Assembly (NCBI GenBank): GCA_038046005.1
Contig: JBBSXB010000005.1
Coordinates: 19,732-83,731, forward strand
Source of the DNA: Nanobdellota archaeon
Lineage (GTDB): Archaea > Nanobdellota > Nanobdellia > Pacearchaeales > GW2011-AR1
Reading direction: 5' to 3'
Length of the DNA: 64,000 nt
Numbering within the stretch: position 1 is the first letter of the stretch; the number at the start of each line of letters is the position of its first letter. The position numbers and the translations under genes were made by a program. Positions 60,820 through 64,000 of this stretch are shown here, piece after piece. Under the pieces are notes generated by a model, which was given only the letters and a program-made list of their open reading frames with translations, made no database searches and was not told the origin of the DNA.

Positions 60820-62873
60820 AAAAAATATTAATTTTAATTTTAGCACTGGCTTTGATCAGCTTAAGTTCTGCAACTTTAATAAAGAATATTATTTATCAAG
60901 ACACTTTTGATTATTCAGGAGATCCAGAAGGCCCGTATCTTAATCCTGATTTTTGGGGAACGCAGACAGCCGACGCTGCAAGCATTGTTATTGATCAAAA
61001 CAGCATGATGAATGTTTCTTCTGGAAGCGGTTACGCCCACACGGGAGGATCAGCCTATAGTGGGGGAAGCTATCCAAAAGCAGATAATTACACTGTTGAG
61101 TTTTTGTACAAAGATTACACCTTGACACAAAGCAAAGCAGGAATTGACGGAATATGGATAACAAACTCCACAATAACAAGAGATGGATATTACAATGCAT
61201 CAACAAATGGAATATGGATAAGGATTGGATCTGCCTGTGGTTACAGTGATGAAACCTCTGTGGGAATTTACTTTGACACAGCAACATCGTGGCATTGCGG
61301 ATGGGCAACAGCTTATGCGAGCAATTCAACAATAGAAAACTCGGCATCAACTAATATCACCGATGGAAACTGGCACAAGTTCAGGCTTGAATTTAACGGA
61401 ACAAGCGGAGCTATAAAAGTTTATATTAACGAAAGCTTGGTTCTTAGCGATACGATTTCTTCATCAAACCTTTCAGCTTTGACATCAAATATAAAATTAG
61501 ATATTCACCAAAGCCATTATCCTTACGCAACTGCTTTGGAGGGATTTTATATAGACAATTTTAATTTTACAAACTGGACAGAGGTTGAGTACAATTCTCC
61601 AACGATAAATCTTATCAGCCCAATTAACAACTATAATTCCAGTTTATACTCAAACTATTTTGTCTGCAATGTCAGCGATGCAACTGCTGTAAAAAATGTT
61701 ACATTATTTGGAAACTGGAGCAACAAATGGCATTCTGTAACAACTAATATCTCTGGACTGAACAATGTTAATTACACTTTCCCCTTGGATATAAGAACAG
61801 ATTATCAAAACCAGACAGACGGGGTTGCGTCAAGCATCACAAGCCAAGAGTGCTATGGAATGACTAAGAAAAATGCAACTGATTATTTGCTATTATGCAT
61901 GAATAAATTCGTATACCATTTAAATGCTACTGGAGCTAATATGAGTGATGGTTTTTCAGTCGCAGGATTTACAAGCTCTCCAACAGCAATTGTTATGAAT
62001 GACAGCAATACTGCAGCGATTTTTGATTATGATTATGTTAATATTTCGTACATCAATATGACTGGGTCAAAAATCGGAGGGTGCACTTTCCCAATAGGGC
62101 AAAGGCCAACTTATCCGCAAACAATTACTCTTAATTCAACTAACCTAATTCTCATAGATGGAAATAATGGAGACACTTTCCTTTACACAAAAAATTGCGG
62201 TTATCTTTCAAATTACTCGACAGGAATACAAAATGTTATAGGAGCAACTAACAATGAAACAAATTTCTATTACTCTGTCGGAAATCCTAGCGGATTAATT
62301 GTGCACTTGAATTCTTCATTCAATCAAATAAAAAATGAATCATGGTACCCCATATTATCCTTGGGGTACGGAATATGGAATGACAAGGAAAGAACTGGAG
62401 GAATTCCAAATAACTTTTATGTCTGGGATAACGATAGGAAGTTTATCTTACATTATGGGTCAAGCAATCAAGGAACTTACAAATGGAGTTGCAAGGCGTG
62501 TGATGTTTACGGCAACTGCGGGTTTGCTAACTCTAACTACACCTTGACAATAGCTCAGCCAGTGACAAATGAAACAGAAGCAAGAAATGCAGTTATTCAA
62601 GGAATAAGCAATGCAATTCCAAATGCAACAATTTACACTGATTTACCTTTGGACGCAAGATACTTCAACGGAACCCAAAAAACAGGAAGCTTTGACAAAG
62701 TCGCATTTTATAACAATCAAATATGGGCTTTCAACTATATTACAAATGGCGAAAACTACACAAATATGTCAAGCAGTTCTTTTAAAGTATTAAATGTCTG
62801 GGAAAGCACAAGCTTAAGTTCTAATGACATTGTAAGCCAAGTTCAGAATTACATTAGTTCGACGAAGAATTAG
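60816..62873 (+). CDS. Secreted glycoprotein with LamG/lectin-like and propeller-like domains
   Basis: Signal peptide, DGNWHKFRL...KVYIN, Ig-like domain interrupted by an insert. Confidence 0.7.
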   Translation: MKKILILILALALISLSSATLIKNIIYQDTFDYSGDPEGPYLNPDFWGTQTADAASIVIDQNSMMNVSSGSGYAHTGGSAYSGGSYPKADNYTVEFLYKDYTLTQSKAGIDGIWITNSTITRDGYYNASTNGIWIRIGSACGYSDETSVGIYFDTATSWHCGWATAYASNSTIENSASTNITDGNWHKFRLEFNGTSGAIKVYINESLVLSDTISSSNLSALTSNIKLDIHQSHYPYATALEGFYIDNFNFTNWTEVEYNSPTINLISPINNYNSSLYSNYFVCNVSDATAVKNVTLFGNWSNKWHSVTTNISGLNNVNYTFPLDIRTDYQNQTDGVASSITSQECYGMTKKNATDYLLLCMNKFVYHLNATGANMSDGFSVAGFTSSPTAIVMNDSNTAAIFDYDYVNISYINMTGSKIGGCTFPIGQRPTYPQTITLNSTNLILIDGNNGDTFLYTKNCGYLSNYSTGIQNVIGATNNETNFYYSVGNPSGLIVHLNSSFNQIKNESWYPILSLGYGIWNDKERTGGIPNNFYVWDNDRKFILHYGSSNQGTYKWSCKACDVYGNCGFANSNYTLTIAQPVTNETEARNAVIQGISNAIPNATIYTDLPLDARYFNGTQKTGSFDKVAFYNNQIWAFNYITNGENYTNMSSSSFKVLNVWESTSLSSNDIVSQVQNYISSTKN

Positions 62874-63824
62874 TTACCCAACCATATTCTCTATTTCAAT
62901 CTTGAAGTTATCAATAACTGCCTCACCCAAAATACTCTCAACAGTTGATTTTATTTCGTTAAGCTCTTCATAGTTTTCCACAAGAAATGAATAAGATAGA
63001 TTGACATATCCAACAGCTTTTATGACCATTATGAATCTTGGATCTTTTTTTGTGTATTCAATAAACTCCTCTATCTCTTTTTTATAAGATGGATCTACAC
63101 GGGAAATGAAGGTGTATTCATAATAGCCCATTTTCTTTGCATTCAATAATGGATAAAATCTTTGGATAATTCCTTTCTTTTTCAGCTCATTTATCTTTCT
63201 TACAATAGTGTTTGCATTTATTTTTAACTTTTTTGCGAGTTCAAGAGTTGGGATTTTTGAGTTTTCTTTTAGTTTGTCCAAGATTTTCCAGTCAACATCA
63301 GATATTTCATACTTTTCAGAAGAAAATTTTATGTCAACTTGCGATTCTTCTTTTGAGTTAAGCCTTCTTGCAAAATAAGTAAAGGATTTAATGCTCTGGA
63401 AAGAAAGATAATTGTTTACTTTTCCCTTAAACTTGCTTAAAATCTTAGTTTGTATGTCATCATATTCTTCTATAGTTCTTGTCCAGATTGAAACATAAAT
63501 CTTCCACTCGCTTGCATCATGGAGTGTATAACAACAGCTGACATATTTTATATTCATAATTTCCGCTAAATAATCGTCTGCCTCTTCCAAGTTTATTCCT
63601 TTAATGTCTAGATAAAGAGAATGCCTGTTAAATCCTAATTTGGAATAGTCGATGTTTATTGTATATTTTTTTATAATTCCCAGGTCTTCTAGACGTTTGA
63701 TTCTATAACTAACTGTTTGCTGAGGGAGATCAGCTGTTCTCCCAATTTTTGCCAAAGATTGTCTGCAATCTTGGAGAAGCTCAAAAAGGATGAGCTTATC
63801 CTTTTCATCTACTTCTTTGCCCAT
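62874..63824 (-). CDS. Tandem Lrp/AsnC-family regulator
   Basis: Two HTH units: DEKDKLIL...YRIKRLEDLGII and DVDWKIL...KINELKKKGII. Confidence 0.9.
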   Translation of the reverse strand: MGKEVDEKDKLILFELLQDCRQSLAKIGRTADLPQQTVSYRIKRLEDLGIIKKYTINIDYSKLGFNRHSLYLDIKGINLEEADDYLAEIMNIKYVSCCYTLHDASEWKIYVSIWTRTIEEYDDIQTKILSKFKGKVNNYLSFQSIKSFTYFARRLNSKEESQVDIKFSSEKYEISDVDWKILDKLKENSKIPTLELAKKLKINANTIVRKINELKKKGIIQRFYPLLNAKKMGYYEYTFISRVDPSYKKEIEEFIEYTKKDPRFIMVIKAVGYVNLSYSFLVENYEELNEIKSTVESILGEAVIDNFKIEIENMVG

Positions 63825-63947
63825 TTTTTGGTGAAATTACCACCTTTTATAAGCTTTTCCATAGTTTTTACCAAAAAAATCTCCAAAGGATTTATGTAGA
63901 CTAGTTACTTGAAAATAACATCTTAGGGATGAAGGGGTGATCTTACC

Positions 63948-64000
63948 ATGCAAAAGAAAACACTCGTCCCGAGAAAAATAGTGGATAGTGAAGGAAAAGT
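63948..64000 (+). CDS. 5' end of a gene divergent from the Lrp regulator
   Basis: GGGGTGA RBS then ATG; frame open to the window end. Confidence 0.5.
   Translation, partial: MQKKTLVPRKIVDSEGK

Larger units (their letters stand above)
35267..64000. mobile_element. Element E4: large integrative, putatively conjugative element; right boundary not seen
   Basis: att 12-mer at 35267 followed by integrase, R-M and VirB4 module; no further att copy noticed, so the extent beyond ~50.8 kb is inferred. Confidence 0.65.

Noticed and set aside
36538-64000. Right att site of E4; provirus interpretation
   Set aside because: No further CGGTGCGGGCGT was noticed by eye, and no capsid, terminase or replication genes were recognised.

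Overview
AT-rich archaeal DNA, most consistent with a DPANN (Pacearchaeota/Woesearchaeota-like) genome; this assignment is inferred from aIF2-gamma, eS6, aIF5B, uS10, TATA-type promoters and a BHB-intron tRNA. Positions 1-25.3 kb are chromosomal housekeeping and transport genes, two beta-helix/dockerin surface proteins and a few damaged genes. An intron-containing tRNA-Asp(GTC) at 25274-25386 is followed by a tandem array of at least four integrated elements, each bounded by the tRNA 3' 12-mer CGGTGCGGGCGT (25376, 29856, 32092, 35267). E1 (4.5 kb) carries a tyrosine integrase and a metalloprotease-dockerin-cohesin gene. E2 (2.2 kb) and E3 (3.2 kb) have no integrase, share near-identical ends and carry different cargo, each including a Fic gene bracketed by a second palindromic repeat. 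E4 (right end not seen in the window) carries a paralogous integrase, a type I R-M locus interleaved with toxin/HEPN-like genes, a minimal pilin/VirB6-like/PrgI-VirB4-nuclease transfer module with no recognisable relaxase, and a surface-protein cluster. That cluster includes a subtilase preceded by a free, membrane-anchored copy of its own propeptide. Product calls come from motif recognition only; no searches were run.
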